From positions 1 through 40,114 of IMG/VR virus record IMGVR_UViG_3300042814_000132: a DNA stretch of 40,114 nt. One strand, given 5' to 3'. The notes below the pieces were generated by a model. That model had not been told where the DNA came from. It was given only the letters and a program-made list of their open reading frames with translations, and made no database searches. Position 1 is the stretch's first letter; every line of letters begins with the position of its first letter. A program made the position numbers and the translations under genes. Origin of the DNA: a virus. Its lineage: Duplodnaviria > Caudoviricetes. This document shows, in pieces, positions 1-8,926 of this stretch.

Positions 1-684
1 GTGCGTAAGTTCTGTAGCAGCAGGTGTTACGGCCACTGGCTACGCGAGAACCTTGTGATAAGTGCCGAGACACGTGCGAAGATCAGCGCGACTACCACTG
101 GTAAGCCGAGGCCGAATCAACAGCGGAAACTCACCACGAACTGTGAGCAATGCGGCAAACCATTCACCTTTCCGCCGTCACAGAAACGCCGCTTCTGCTC
201 AAAGACATGTTCCGGGAAGTGGCACTCACTCCACGCAGCCGAGGTAAACAATCACTTTCGCGGGAAGAAAGCTCATAACGCAAAAGAGTACGTTGCGCTC
301 ATCTGTCCCACCTGTGGCACTACGTATCACGCCAAGCCATCGCACGCACATCGCCGGCGTTATTGTTCATATGGCTGCATGGCCGAGGCATATACGGAAA
401 TGACGGGCGAACGAAGTCCGTCATGGCGTGGCGGGACGATCAAATACTACGGCCCTTCGTGGCGTAAGGTATCGCGGATGCTCCGCAACAAGTACCCCGG
501 TTGCCAACAGTGCGGCAAGACTCGTGAGGAGAACGGACGCGAACTTGACGTACATCACCTTGTCCCGTTCCGCACATTCGGCGTCGCTCGACATCTTGAA
601 GCCAACGATCCCGCCAATCTCCTCGTACTCTGCCACACCTGCCACATGGAAATGGAAGTGGAAATGCGCCAAGCAGGTGGTTAG
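1..684 (+). CDS. HNH endonuclease with N-terminal zinc-finger repeats (probably 5'-partial)
   Basis: Repeated CxxC...(F/Y)CSxxC units, then CQQCG...LDVHH...N...NLLVLCHTCH; antisense to the structural operon. Confidence 0.85.
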   Translation: MRKFCSSRCYGHWLRENLVISAETRAKISATTTGKPRPNQQRKLTTNCEQCGKPFTFPPSQKRRFCSKTCSGKWHSLHAAEVNNHFRGKKAHNAKEYVALICPTCGTTYHAKPSHAHRRRYCSYGCMAEAYTEMTGERSPSWRGGTIKYYGPSWRKVSRMLRNKYPGCQQCGKTREENGRELDVHHLVPFRTFGVARHLEANDPANLLVLCHTCHMEMEVEMRQAGG

Positions 685-734
685 TGGGCCTGCTCGGGGT
701 CTTTGCCGGTGTACTTGTAGGCGATGTCTGCCAT
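681..734 (-). pseudogene. 17-codon N-terminal remnant (MADIAYKYTGKDPEQAH*) of a tail-region gene interrupted by the HNH
   Basis: Strong GGAGG SD at 741-745 and ATG at 734; the frame stops where it meets the HNH 3' end. Confidence 0.55.
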
Positions 735-744
735 GGTATGCCTC

Positions 745-966
745 CTACTTGAGTCCGAGCGCGCCGTTCCGCCGCCGCTTTTTCAGCAACGCCTGATGGA
801 TGGCGTCGACCAACGCATCCGGAGATGACAGAGCGCCGTGAATGTGGATATGGATCTCCTGTGGCTGTTCACGTGGAGCGAGGATGCCGAGCGGCACAAC
901 GAAGCCATCCATCTCACCGAGCCTGAACGGTTGCCTGACGACGCCACCTGTCGCCACCTTCGCCAT
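745..966 (-). CDS. Hypothetical small tail-region protein
   Basis: ORF co-oriented with the operon, GGAG SD. Confidence 0.55.
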   Translation of the reverse strand: MAKVATGGVVRQPFRLGEMDGFVVPLGILAPREQPQEIHIHIHGALSSPDALVDAIHQALLKKRRRNGALGLK

Positions 967-993
967 GCGGAAGCTCCTTTGTCAACGTTGGGA

Positions 994-1446
994 CTAGTAC
1001 GCGAGGGTGGTGGTGTAATCCTCGACCACCCGCAGTTCCCACACGCGCTGCCTGCGTACGACGCTCCCCATCTGGATATAGGCAGGCGCACTCTGCGATG
1101 CCATCGTCGCGCTATGGACGGTGCCTTGTCCGAGGGATTGGTCGCCGTGGAATGCCCCCTCAATGGCATCGCACAGGCTGAGAAACAATGCCTCCGAGGG
1201 GTCGTCAGGAGTGCGCACCCACAGACGCACCTGGAGATAATGCGTGCGGCGCATCAAGGTACCCGCGCGTAGCTCGTCCTCAGGGTAGAGATGAAGCACG
1301 TAGGCATCCACATCCTGCGTGGCGACCAACGTGAACGGTGCCGCCTTGCCAAACACCACATCGGGTGTGACGATCCCCGCACACTGGATCGTGAGGCGAT
1401 TCTTTGTCGCATCCACGATAGTGTTTAGCGGCAATGCGACCATCAA
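994..1446 (-). CDS. Putative tail terminator/tail completion protein
   Basis: Size and position directly after the HK97 gp10-like gene. Confidence 0.55.
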   Translation of the reverse strand: MMVALPLNTIVDATKNRLTIQCAGIVTPDVVFGKAAPFTLVATQDVDAYVLHLYPEDELRAGTLMRRTHYLQVRLWVRTPDDPSEALFLSLCDAIEGAFHGDQSLGQGTVHSATMASQSAPAYIQMGSVVRRQRVWELRVVEDYTTTLAY

Positions 1447-1805
1447 ATTACCTCGCCGTGGATTGACGACCTCAGATAGCCAGTAACCACATGGACAAGT
1501 GCCTGGGCGCGGGTCTCAAGGAGTTGTGCGCCGGTTTGGAGATTGCGCCGCAGCGCGGTCGTGTCGCCTGTCTCAATAACCTCAACGATGCCCTCGGCAA
1601 CGAGTGCCGCGATTTGGTCAGCGGTCTGCGCTGCGGCGGGTTCAAGATACGGCCGCGCGGACATGCGAGACGTACCCTTCTCGACAAACTCCGCATAGGG
1701 TGCGTCCGCATGGAGGCGGATGCCCGCCGATGAGATTGCCTGCCCAGCCGCGTTGAGGTGTTGGATAAGATCATCCAACCCGACTAAGGTGATGGAGACG
1801 GACAT
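1443..1805 (-). CDS. HK97 gp10-family neck protein
   Basis: YAEFVEKGTSRMSARPYLEPA motif; C-terminal VTGYLRSSI. Confidence 0.8.
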   Translation of the reverse strand: MSVSITLVGLDDLIQHLNAAGQAISSAGIRLHADAPYAEFVEKGTSRMSARPYLEPAAAQTADQIAALVAEGIVEVIETGDTTALRRNLQTGAQLLETRAQALVHVVTGYLRSSIHGEVI

Positions 1806-2171
1806 CTACTGCCCCTCGGTGGCGAGGACGCGGTTCGAGGGGCAGTAGCTACCCGCGAGATCGCCCATGACGGTAAAGATGCGCCCACGCAAGCCGACGC
1901 TCGTAGTATCTGCCTTCATACGCACCTGCCAGCCGGGTGCCACGTCCGTCCCAACGGGAAGCGAGATCGTCCACTGGCCAATCACCTCCGGACGATCCGG
2001 CGCGGTGAATGACAAGGGAGCGCCGGGCGATGCGGTGACACGGCACATGACGCTGGATTGCATGACGGCGCGGGGGGTGGCGGCGTTATAGAGATCGCAG
2101 GTGTCGGGCATCCCCGACTCGGCATGTGCCCGCATCACGCCCAGGCGCGCAGTGAAGGTCGGATTCGCCAT
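1806..2171 (-). CDS. Putative head-closure/head-tail joining protein
   Basis: Position, size and beta-rich pattern (WTISLPVGTDV, GRIFTV). Confidence 0.6.
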   Translation of the reverse strand: MANPTFTARLGVMRAHAESGMPDTCDLYNAATPRAVMQSSVMCRVTASPGAPLSFTAPDRPEVIGQWTISLPVGTDVAPGWQVRMKADTTSVGLRGRIFTVMGDLAGSYCPSNRVLATEGQ

Positions 2172-2195
2172 CGTCGTTCACCCCTTTGACTGCGA

Positions 2196-3044
2196 CTACC
2201 GCGGCCACCGCCCTCCATAGGGATTGCCGAGCATCGTCCACAACGGCTTGTCATGCTTGCGGCAGTTGCAGGAGAGGCAGGCTGGTACAACGTTACTCAT
2301 CGTGTGGTGACCGCCTCTCGCGATAGGAATCAGGTGATCTTGCGTCAACGTCACACCCTCCGCTCCGCAATAGGCGCATACGTGGTTGAAGTATTCCTTC
2401 ACCTCCTGCCATTGCTTCGGGGTGAAGTCGTTCACCGGCACGCCCCGCAACTTTGCCCGCCGTCGCTGAGTATAGGGAATGTCATAACCGGGGTGCGCTT
2501 GACGGTGCCTGCGCTGCGTTGCCTTTAGCCGTTCGGGATGCTCCGTACGATACTTGGCAAGGGAAGCGCAGCGCGGTTCAGGATTCTCTGCGTACCGCCT
2601 GCGAGCCGCTGCGTTAATCTCATCGCGTCGCTTTGCGTAACGAGCATTCCGGTGCGCTTGCACGCGATCAGGATTCTCGTCTTGCCAACGCTTGACGCGC
2701 GCCACGATCTTTGCCGAGTTTTCCTTCCGCCACGCCTTAGATTCTTCGGTATGTGCCCAATAGTAAGTCCGACCTTCTGCCTGAATCCGTTCTAGATTCG
2801 CGGCCCGGTATTGCGCGCGCTGCTCTCGATGCCCTTCGTTGTACTTGCGGCGTCGCTCCTGCTCACGCTCAAGGTTTGCGTAATAGTGGGCTTTGCGCAG
2901 GAGGTTCTTGCAGTCCTTGCACCACGATTCGTAACCAGAGGATGTGACAGAGAATCGTGCGATGGGACGCATCTCTTTGCACTTCGTGCAGCAGCGCATT
3001 TCAGGCGGCGGCATGAGGGATGGCTGAGTGTATACTTCGTCCAT
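2196..3044 (-). CDS. HNH endonuclease; C-terminus fused to the displaced end of the upstream gene
   Basis: CTKC...CKDC finger, helical repeats, CAYCG...DHLIPIARGGHHTMSNVVPACLSCN; GGAGG SD supports ATG at 3044. Confidence 0.85.
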   Translation of the reverse strand: MDEVYTQPSLMPPPEMRCCTKCKEMRPIARFSVTSSGYESWCKDCKNLLRKAHYYANLEREQERRRKYNEGHREQRAQYRAANLERIQAEGRTYYWAHTEESKAWRKENSAKIVARVKRWQDENPDRVQAHRNARYAKRRDEINAAARRRYAENPEPRCASLAKYRTEHPERLKATQRRHRQAHPGYDIPYTQRRRAKLRGVPVNDFTPKQWQEVKEYFNHVCAYCGAEGVTLTQDHLIPIARGGHHTMSNVVPACLSCNCRKHDKPLWTMLGNPYGGRWPR

Positions 3045-3132
3045 CGGACACCTCCAACGTGTTCGATGCGCCCCGGCGGTGTTCGAAGCACCAAAGGGGC
3101 ATTTGCGTGATTCCAATGGGCTAAGTATAGCA
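3031..3132. promoter_or_regulatory. HNH leader: sense extended -10, two hairpins, convergent antisense -10
   Basis: TGCTATACT (minus, 3124-3132); hairpins 3070-3100 and 3042-3068; TATACT (plus, 3031-3036). Confidence 0.7.
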
Positions 3133-3133
3133 T

Positions 3134-3556
3134 CTACTGGCGAAACCGTCCATATGGGTTTCCTAGGAATTTACTCGCGTTTCGATCTGCCCCCCACGCA
3201 TTCGGCGGTGGTTCGGGCGCGGTTGTCGTCAGGACGCCCGAGGCGACGCCCAATGAGCTGACAATCTTTTCCTGCCGCGCGATTTCCGCGTCAACCTGCG
3301 CATACATGTCGCTGAGGTTCTTCGCTCGCCCTGAGAGGCGTTCGCTGTGCTCGGCGTGAATGTCGTAATCCGCCTCATCGCGCCGCGTTCCCATGAGGAT
3401 CGTAATCCCCGAACGCTTCGTGTACAGGTAGACGAGGTAGTTGGACCGTCCCGGCGTACTGTGCGCCTGCCAGAAGGCGGGGAGTTGCGTCGCCAGAACG
3501 CCATCGGGATCGCCTAACTCCGCGATGATCATCGCTTCCGTGAATGTGGCACTCAT
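3134..3556 (-). CDS. Putative head-tail adaptor/head completion protein
   Basis: Position after the capsid genes; helical ~140 aa. Confidence 0.55.
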   Translation of the reverse strand: MSATFTEAMIIAELGDPDGVLATQLPAFWQAHSTPGRSNYLVYLYTKRSGITILMGTRRDEADYDIHAEHSERLSGRAKNLSDMYAQVDAEIARQEKIVSSLGVASGVLTTTAPEPPPNAWGADRNASKFLGNPYGRFRQ

Positions 3557-3574
3557 CAGGCGACCCCTTCGTGG

Positions 3575-3832
3575 TTAGTGGGCTGGTGGCGCGGCGGGCG
3601 GCTTGGCCGGTGGCTCCGGTGGCTCTACCGGTTCCTCCTCATCCTCATCGGGCGCATCGGCGGGGACGATGGCACCCACGTCAACGAGGCGCTGGATATC
3701 GAGGCCGTCAAGGTCTTTCTCAGTCAGGCGGTCGCCCTCGCTCCAGTCGTCGACCTTCGTGTGGGCAACGCGGTATTCTTGCGGCTTCTTTTCCGCCTTC
3801 GCCTTCGGGGCGTCATCCTTCGGTGCTGGCAT
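3575..3832 (-). CDS. Small capsid-associated hypothetical protein with acidic/Pro-rich tail
   Basis: Follows the major capsid gene; GAAGGAG SD before ATG at 3832. Confidence 0.6.
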   Translation of the reverse strand: MPAPKDDAPKAKAEKKPQEYRVAHTKVDDWSEGDRLTEKDLDGLDIQRLVDVGAIVPADAPDEDEEEPVEPPEPPAKPPAAPPAH

Positions 3833-3880
3833 AATGGGATACTCCTTCACTCGCTCAGTAGTCAGCGGTCAGCCACACGA

Positions 3881-4894
3881 TCAAATGGTCATGATGACGA
3901 TGGAGCCAGGATAGAAGATCACTGGCCCGCCGTTCATACCATCGTGGACCTCGATCGTCCTCGGCACCTTCTCTTCGCCGCGGTCGATCACCTTCTGATA
4001 GACACCGGGGCCAAGGTCGGGGTTGTTAGCGTTACGGGTGAGACGGAACGCGCCAATGCGCTGCCCACCCGTGCGCTTGCCGACGAGCACCACCTTGTTG
4101 TTCGGCACGTAGAGAACGAAGGTGCCTGTGTCGTCAAGGTAGCCCTCATCGTAGATCGTGATGGAGGGCAGGCCTTCCATGTTGAGGACGCGGTTCACGT
4201 CCGCGAGTCCCGCGATGGTGCCGAGGCCACTCGGACGCCGCCCGAAGAGGTCATTCGCGTTCGTGTTGCTCATCAGGCTATTGAACGTGGCGCGATTCAT
4301 CACCGCTGTCGCGTCCGTCCCGAACGAGACGCCCTTCCCACGGGAGAGCAACTGCACGGAGCGGAAGTTCGCCAGGGGAACAGCGGTCGCGCTTGTCGCC
4401 CACGTGACACCCGCCGTGAAGGTCTGGGTGGTGTAGGAGTCCGCGACGCGCACCACGCCGTCCTCGCCGGCGACGGAGAAGGTGCCGGACGCGAGGAGTG
4501 CCCAGATGACCTGCTCCTGGCGATCGAGGCGGCGGCCCATCAGGCGCTCCTGCTCCGCCATGACGAGATCGGACACGTCGATCGGTGTGCCGAAGGTGCC
4601 GAGACGCCGGCGGCGGGTCAGGTCGTTCTCATCGAGGACCGAGAACTCACCGTAGACACCGGGCGACATCAGGTACTTCTTGCTGCCGACCTTCTTCACC
4701 CGGGGCGGCTCGCCATTGAGGCCACGGATTGCCTGGAGGCCCGTCCAGTTGTCCATCTGCTCCCATTCGAGCAGGTGGTTGTCGGACTCCTCGAAGGGCA
4801 TGATCGTAAAGCCGAGCCGGTTCTCGACCATGCGCGGGGTCTTCTCTTGCGCGATCAGCGTCAACTCCGCCGATGACGGGAATGCGAACGACAT
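3881..4894 (-). CDS. Major capsid protein (lambda gpE-like)
   Basis: 337 aa; follows protease and decoration genes; RRLDRQEQVIWALLASG and C-terminal GPVIFYPGSI resemble the capsid E family. Confidence 0.8.
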   Translation of the reverse strand: MSFAFPSSAELTLIAQEKTPRMVENRLGFTIMPFEESDNHLLEWEQMDNWTGLQAIRGLNGEPPRVKKVGSKKYLMSPGVYGEFSVLDENDLTRRRRLGTFGTPIDVSDLVMAEQERLMGRRLDRQEQVIWALLASGTFSVAGEDGVVRVADSYTTQTFTAGVTWATSATAVPLANFRSVQLLSRGKGVSFGTDATAVMNRATFNSLMSNTNANDLFGRRPSGLGTIAGLADVNRVLNMEGLPSITIYDEGYLDDTGTFVLYVPNNKVVLVGKRTGGQRIGAFRLTRNANNPDLGPGVYQKVIDRGEEKVPRTIEVHDGMNGGPVIFYPGSIVIMTI

Positions 4895-4988
4895 TGCAAT
4901 GCTCCTTTGTCATGCCGCCCGCAGAACCGGGCAACGAAACAGGGCGGCCGGCGCGGCCGCCCCTCAGATCAGTGTGTGCTGGCTATCT

Positions 4989-5717
4989 TCATCCAAATCT
5001 AACGGTTCCTGTCCCAACGGTGCCGTTCAGCAGCCGCCCCGCCATCAGCGTCAGGGCATTGGCATCGAGGCCGCTCAGGTCTTCGCATCGGAAGGTTCCC
5101 GAGATGAAGGCAGGAACGCTCTTGCGCGTCTCGCCGAAGTCTTGCCCGCCATAGGTGATGTTGCCCGATGCGTCGGTGGACGCCGCGTAGGCAAGGATCA
5201 CCTTCGGAATCTGACTGCCATCGGTCGCGACGGCGGTGTACTGCTTGTAGGTGCCCGCTGGCCCCGCCGTACCGGTGATCGTGGAGGCGTCCGTGATTGT
5301 GCCACCTGTCACGCCCGCGCCGCCTACCGTGAGTACTGTGGGGCGCGGGCCATTGATGGTCGAGGTCAAGGTGAAGGCGGTCGGAGTAGTGAAGGTGCCG
5401 CCCGTGGCGATATAGCCGAGCGGGCCGGGAGTCGCGGCAAGCATCGCGGCCGTCAACTGGGCCGCCGTCGCGTTGTAGGCGATGGCAGCGGTCGTGTTCG
5501 TGCCATCACTGAGCGTGAACGAACCAGCAGAGAGGGCACCGGAGGCGGTGAGCGTGTGGGTGGCGGTCGTGCCCGCGAGTTCACCGAGGATCGTGCCCTT
5601 GATGTACGAGACCGATGCGGGCAGGTTGACGGTGATCTCGCGGGCGTCTTCGGGGTCAATGTACGGTTCCAGGCGGAGATTATTGAACGTTGCAACGGGT
5701 GCAGTCGGCATTGCCAT
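4989..5717 (-). CDS. Head decoration protein (gpD-like) with inserted Thr/Gly-rich domain
   Basis: KGTILGE...YTAVATDGSQIPKVIL...SGTF pattern; lies between protease and capsid. Confidence 0.7.
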   Translation of the reverse strand: MAMPTAPVATFNNLRLEPYIDPEDAREITVNLPASVSYIKGTILGELAGTTATHTLTASGALSAGSFTLSDGTNTTAAIAYNATAAQLTAAMLAATPGPLGYIATGGTFTTPTAFTLTSTINGPRPTVLTVGGAGVTGGTITDASTITGTAGPAGTYKQYTAVATDGSQIPKVILAYAASTDASGNITYGGQDFGETRKSVPAFISGTFRCEDLSGLDANALTLMAGRLLNGTVGTGTVRFG

Positions 5718-5753
5718 GCTCCTTTCAGGGGCAACAGACGAAACGAATATTTC

Positions 5754-7082
5754 CTACTTGGTGGCGATGATCGTCTGACCGAGGGCCGTCTTCGCGAGGA
5801 GCTCCTTCCGCCGCTCCGCCGTCATCTCGCCGGGCTTGGCGGACTGGCTGCGATTGTTGAAGAGCGCCTGCGCGTCCGCATCGGTCAGCAGTTCCTCCGT
5901 GAGCACATGCGGCGGCCGCGCGGCGAAGCGTGCCTTGAGCGCATCCACACGGGTGCCGGTCTTCTCCTCCGTGCCGACCGCGAATGTGACCGTGCGCGGG
6001 TGGGCGGCGTCATCGTCGGCCGCGTCCGTGAAGGCGGCGATCAGGGACGCCTTCTCCGCGGGCAGGGCGCGCTTGGCGGCGATCTCAGCGTCCGCGAATA
6101 CCGCAGCTCTCTCCGCAAGGCGCTCCTTCTCCATCGCGGCGATGCGTGCCATCAGCGCGACCTTCTCCGGATCCGGGACAGCGTCGACTTTCGGCGCCTC
6201 CGCCTTCGGAGGATCGGCGGCGAACTGCGCCGTATCGCCCTCGCCCTCGCCGGCCAGCCATGCCATGAACTTCTCCATCCGCGTCGGTGCCTTCGTGTCC
6301 GTCATGCCCGGCTCCTTGCTCATCTGAGCACTTGCGGGGCACGTCGCCCCTAAACTCACCGCGTGATCATGCACCGCCTGTACGGCGTCCTGATCGGCCT
6401 TGTTGTGTCGCTTGCCCGCGAACTCCGCATAGGCACCGAAGAGCGCGGCATCCGCGACCCGTGGATTGAGGACGAGGCCGTTCTTGGCAATCCGCTTCGT
6501 CGCACGGTCGAAGGCGAGCGACACTTTGAGCGCCGCGCCACCGATCGTGTCATTGAGCCACTTCGGAATCGCGACCGTGCCCATCAGGGACGTCCCATCC
6601 TCTGCCATCTCCACCGCGCGCAGCTCCCCGAGCTTGCCATCGAGGATGGAGGGGCGGTGTTCGATGTCATTGGGAACGGGGGTGAAGGCAGCGACCACCG
6701 CTTTCGCCTCATCTGCCGTGAGGGAGAACGCCTTATCGGGGTACTCGCCTATCTCAAACACCTTCCCGCGGCGAATAACGAACTCGCCGTCATCGGTGCC
6801 ATCGCCAATGGAAAACGCGGCCATCTCCGCGACCTTCACATAGGTCGTCTTCGCAGTGACTTCCGTCGGTTGCCCCCACGTCACATCGCCACTCGCAATC
6901 GTGTAGGTCCGCTGATAGAGCGCGCTGTCATTGCCGCTATATGTCACCGTGGCATCATCAAAGTCGCGCAGCCAGAGATAGGCATCGCGGCCACCGAAGT
7001 CCTCTTGCAGTTCGGCTTCGAGGAACTGGCGAAGGTCGTTGTAGGTATAGCCCTCGGGCAGGCTGAATCGTGCGTGAGGCAT
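5754..7082 (-). CDS. Capsid maturation protease/scaffold (Mu-like)
   Basis: DIEH...G and VSLAF...GLVLNP motifs followed by an Ala/Glu-rich scaffold-like tail. Confidence 0.65.
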   Translation of the reverse strand: MPHARFSLPEGYTYNDLRQFLEAELQEDFGGRDAYLWLRDFDDATVTYSGNDSALYQRTYTIASGDVTWGQPTEVTAKTTYVKVAEMAAFSIGDGTDDGEFVIRRGKVFEIGEYPDKAFSLTADEAKAVVAAFTPVPNDIEHRPSILDGKLGELRAVEMAEDGTSLMGTVAIPKWLNDTIGGAALKVSLAFDRATKRIAKNGLVLNPRVADAALFGAYAEFAGKRHNKADQDAVQAVHDHAVSLGATCPASAQMSKEPGMTDTKAPTRMEKFMAWLAGEGEGDTAQFAADPPKAEAPKVDAVPDPEKVALMARIAAMEKERLAERAAVFADAEIAAKRALPAEKASLIAAFTDAADDDAAHPRTVTFAVGTEEKTGTRVDALKARFAARPPHVLTEELLTDADAQALFNNRSQSAKPGEMTAERRKELLAKTALGQTIIATK

Positions 7083-7091
7083 GGCAATCTC

Positions 7092-7253
7092 CTATTGCGT
7101 CAGCAGCAGGCCGAGACTGACGAAGAAGAGCGCAAGCGTCAGGACGCGCGGATGCCACGCCGCGAACGGTTCTCCCGCCCAGCCGAGGAGGAAGGCGAGG
7201 GCGAGGATAATCGCCGCGATGGCGAAGCAAATGCCAGCTTTGGTCGTACTCAC
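7092..7253 (-). CDS. Small two-TM membrane protein
   Basis: GTG overlaps the portal stop; two hydrophobic segments in 53 aa. Confidence 0.6.
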   Translation of the reverse strand: MSTTKAGICFAIAAIILALAFLLGWAGEPFAAWHPRVLTLALFFVSLGLLLTQ

Positions 7254-8746
7254 GGGTTCGTCTCCTTCTGCCCATCGGGTGCCCTCTGGGCGGGTGGCGG
7301 TTGCTGTGGTCCATCCTGCGCGCCGGGCTGCGTCATCACCGACGGTTGCGCCGCACGCTGCTGCAACTGGATCAAATCCCCCTCGGAGCGCGCGCCCATG
7401 CCGAGCATGCGATCCGCTTCGGGCAACTGCGACGGGCTGAGGGTGTAGCCGACGCTCGAGAATGCCTGGATCATCGCGTTGACATCCTGCGCCTCTACCG
7501 CGCCAAGGGAGGCCGTCGGCACCAAATGGTCGGCATTGGCGAAGTTGTAGCGAACCAGGGGGGTGAGGATGTCGCGACGGAGCATCCGGCAGACCCACTC
7601 TTTGTACTCGAGGATGATCTGTCCCAGGATGTCCTGATGCACAGCGGCCTGCGCCCGCGATGCGTGCTTCCCCTCATTGATTGCCAGCGTCTGGACGATG
7701 ACGGCCTTCGCCATCTCGCTGTTGAAGAACTCGAACGCCGCGAGGTAGACATCGCCCCCGGTGCCCGCCTGCGGCTGAATAGCGGTCAGAGTCGCGCCGA
7801 AGGGGAGGACGATGTACGAGCCGTTCTGAAAGCCCGCGACCGCCGTGCCCAGGTATTCCTGCGCCGTCATCATCACCGTGCCCGTGCTCGTCGCCACGGG
7901 GACATCCTGCGCACTCTCTCCCACCGTCGCGACAACGGACGGGGTGGCGAACTGCGCGAGATACCGCTGGTAACTGAGGAGTGCTTGCACTTTGAGATTC
8001 CACGCGCCATAGGCGGGACGCAGGACCGAGCGGCCGCGCGGATCGCCGTCCTGCGGCTCGTGGGTGAGGACGGCGAACTTCTCGCGCGGCAGGATGTTCG
8101 GGATGTCCTTCGGGTCGCTGGAGACCGCCGAGGGGATGATGCCGATCGCCTGTCCGGGTCGCTGGCCGAGGAGGCCGATCACATTGTTGAACGGGTCGAC
8201 GAGGAATGCCGTCGACCGTCGCGGCTTGACCTTCAGGGCGGTGAGGACGAGTTGATTCTCTCGCAACGCATAGATCTGTTCCGCGACCTTGCTGCCCATT
8301 GTCAACGCATCGAGGAGATTGCGCAGCACATCCTCGATCGGCGTCGTCAGGTTCGCCATCACCTCTGTGCAGAAGTCCTTGATCTCCTGGGCCTGTTTGA
8401 AATCCGCCTCCGCTTCGTCCGCGACGGGCGAGGCGAGCGAGACGCCCTCGCTGAGGATGGCGGACTTGAGGAGGCGCATGATCGCGGCAATCTGCCCGTC
8501 GCGCTGCATCCGCTCGTAGATGTCGTCCGAGAGTTCGGACGTGAGATCGTCGATCGCGTGCGGCAGCGTGCGCAGGACGTTGCCCGCGAGATAGCGTGCG
8601 TTGGCAACATACTCATCGGTGGCGACGGCGCGCAACTGGACAACGTTGCCTGCTTTGCCGGGCATCGTCGTGCCGCTACCGGTCTGCGGCGACACGCTCC
8701 CGACGCGCACGGTGGATGTGATGTCCTTCGGCTTCGCTGCGGGCAT
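7250..8746 (-). CDS. Portal protein (Mu gp29/DUF935-like)
   Basis: Follows terL; IYERMQRDGQI, PRGRSVLRPAY, ASRAQAAVH motifs. Confidence 0.85.
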   Translation of the reverse strand: MPAAKPKDITSTVRVGSVSPQTGSGTTMPGKAGNVVQLRAVATDEYVANARYLAGNVLRTLPHAIDDLTSELSDDIYERMQRDGQIAAIMRLLKSAILSEGVSLASPVADEAEADFKQAQEIKDFCTEVMANLTTPIEDVLRNLLDALTMGSKVAEQIYALRENQLVLTALKVKPRRSTAFLVDPFNNVIGLLGQRPGQAIGIIPSAVSSDPKDIPNILPREKFAVLTHEPQDGDPRGRSVLRPAYGAWNLKVQALLSYQRYLAQFATPSVVATVGESAQDVPVATSTGTVMMTAQEYLGTAVAGFQNGSYIVLPFGATLTAIQPQAGTGGDVYLAAFEFFNSEMAKAVIVQTLAINEGKHASRAQAAVHQDILGQIILEYKEWVCRMLRRDILTPLVRYNFANADHLVPTASLGAVEAQDVNAMIQAFSSVGYTLSPSQLPEADRMLGMGARSEGDLIQLQQRAAQPSVMTQPGAQDGPQQPPPAQRAPDGQKETNP

Positions 8747-8761
8747 GGGCGATCATCCTGT

Positions 8762-8926
8762 TTGGAAACCCTTTGCCGATCCTTGACCCGATGCACGAGT
8801 GGAAGACCCTTTGCATGTGACAGTACCGGCTGTACACGGCAAAGGGTCTTCCAACCGTCTCTCAGCGGTACGCGGCATCGGGTCAAGGATGTAGCGTCTC
8901 CACGCTCACATGCAAAGGGTTTCCAA
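8762..8926. mobile_element. Three nested copies of a 53-58 bp hairpin mini-element
   Basis: Perfect IR pairs 8762-8776/8912-8926, 8779-8794/8875-8890 and 8800-8814/8839-8853, each enclosing a TGC-ATGTGA-hairpin-TACACG-GCA-like core. Confidence 0.75.

Noticed and set aside
3031-3132. HNH leaders as guide RNAs (OMEGA/HEARO-like)
   Set aside because: Too short, no variable guide segment, and the proteins lack RuvC or IscB features.
4917-4963. Hairpins between the decoration and capsid genes
   Set aside because: Poor U-tract and no match to either motif family; probably ordinary mRNA-stabilising stems.
8762-8926. CRISPR array, integron attC sites or phi29-like pRNA
   Set aside because: Repeats are inverted and nested with no spacers; no RYYYAAC/GTTRRRY ends; solo copies elsewhere favour a mobile element over a packaging RNA.
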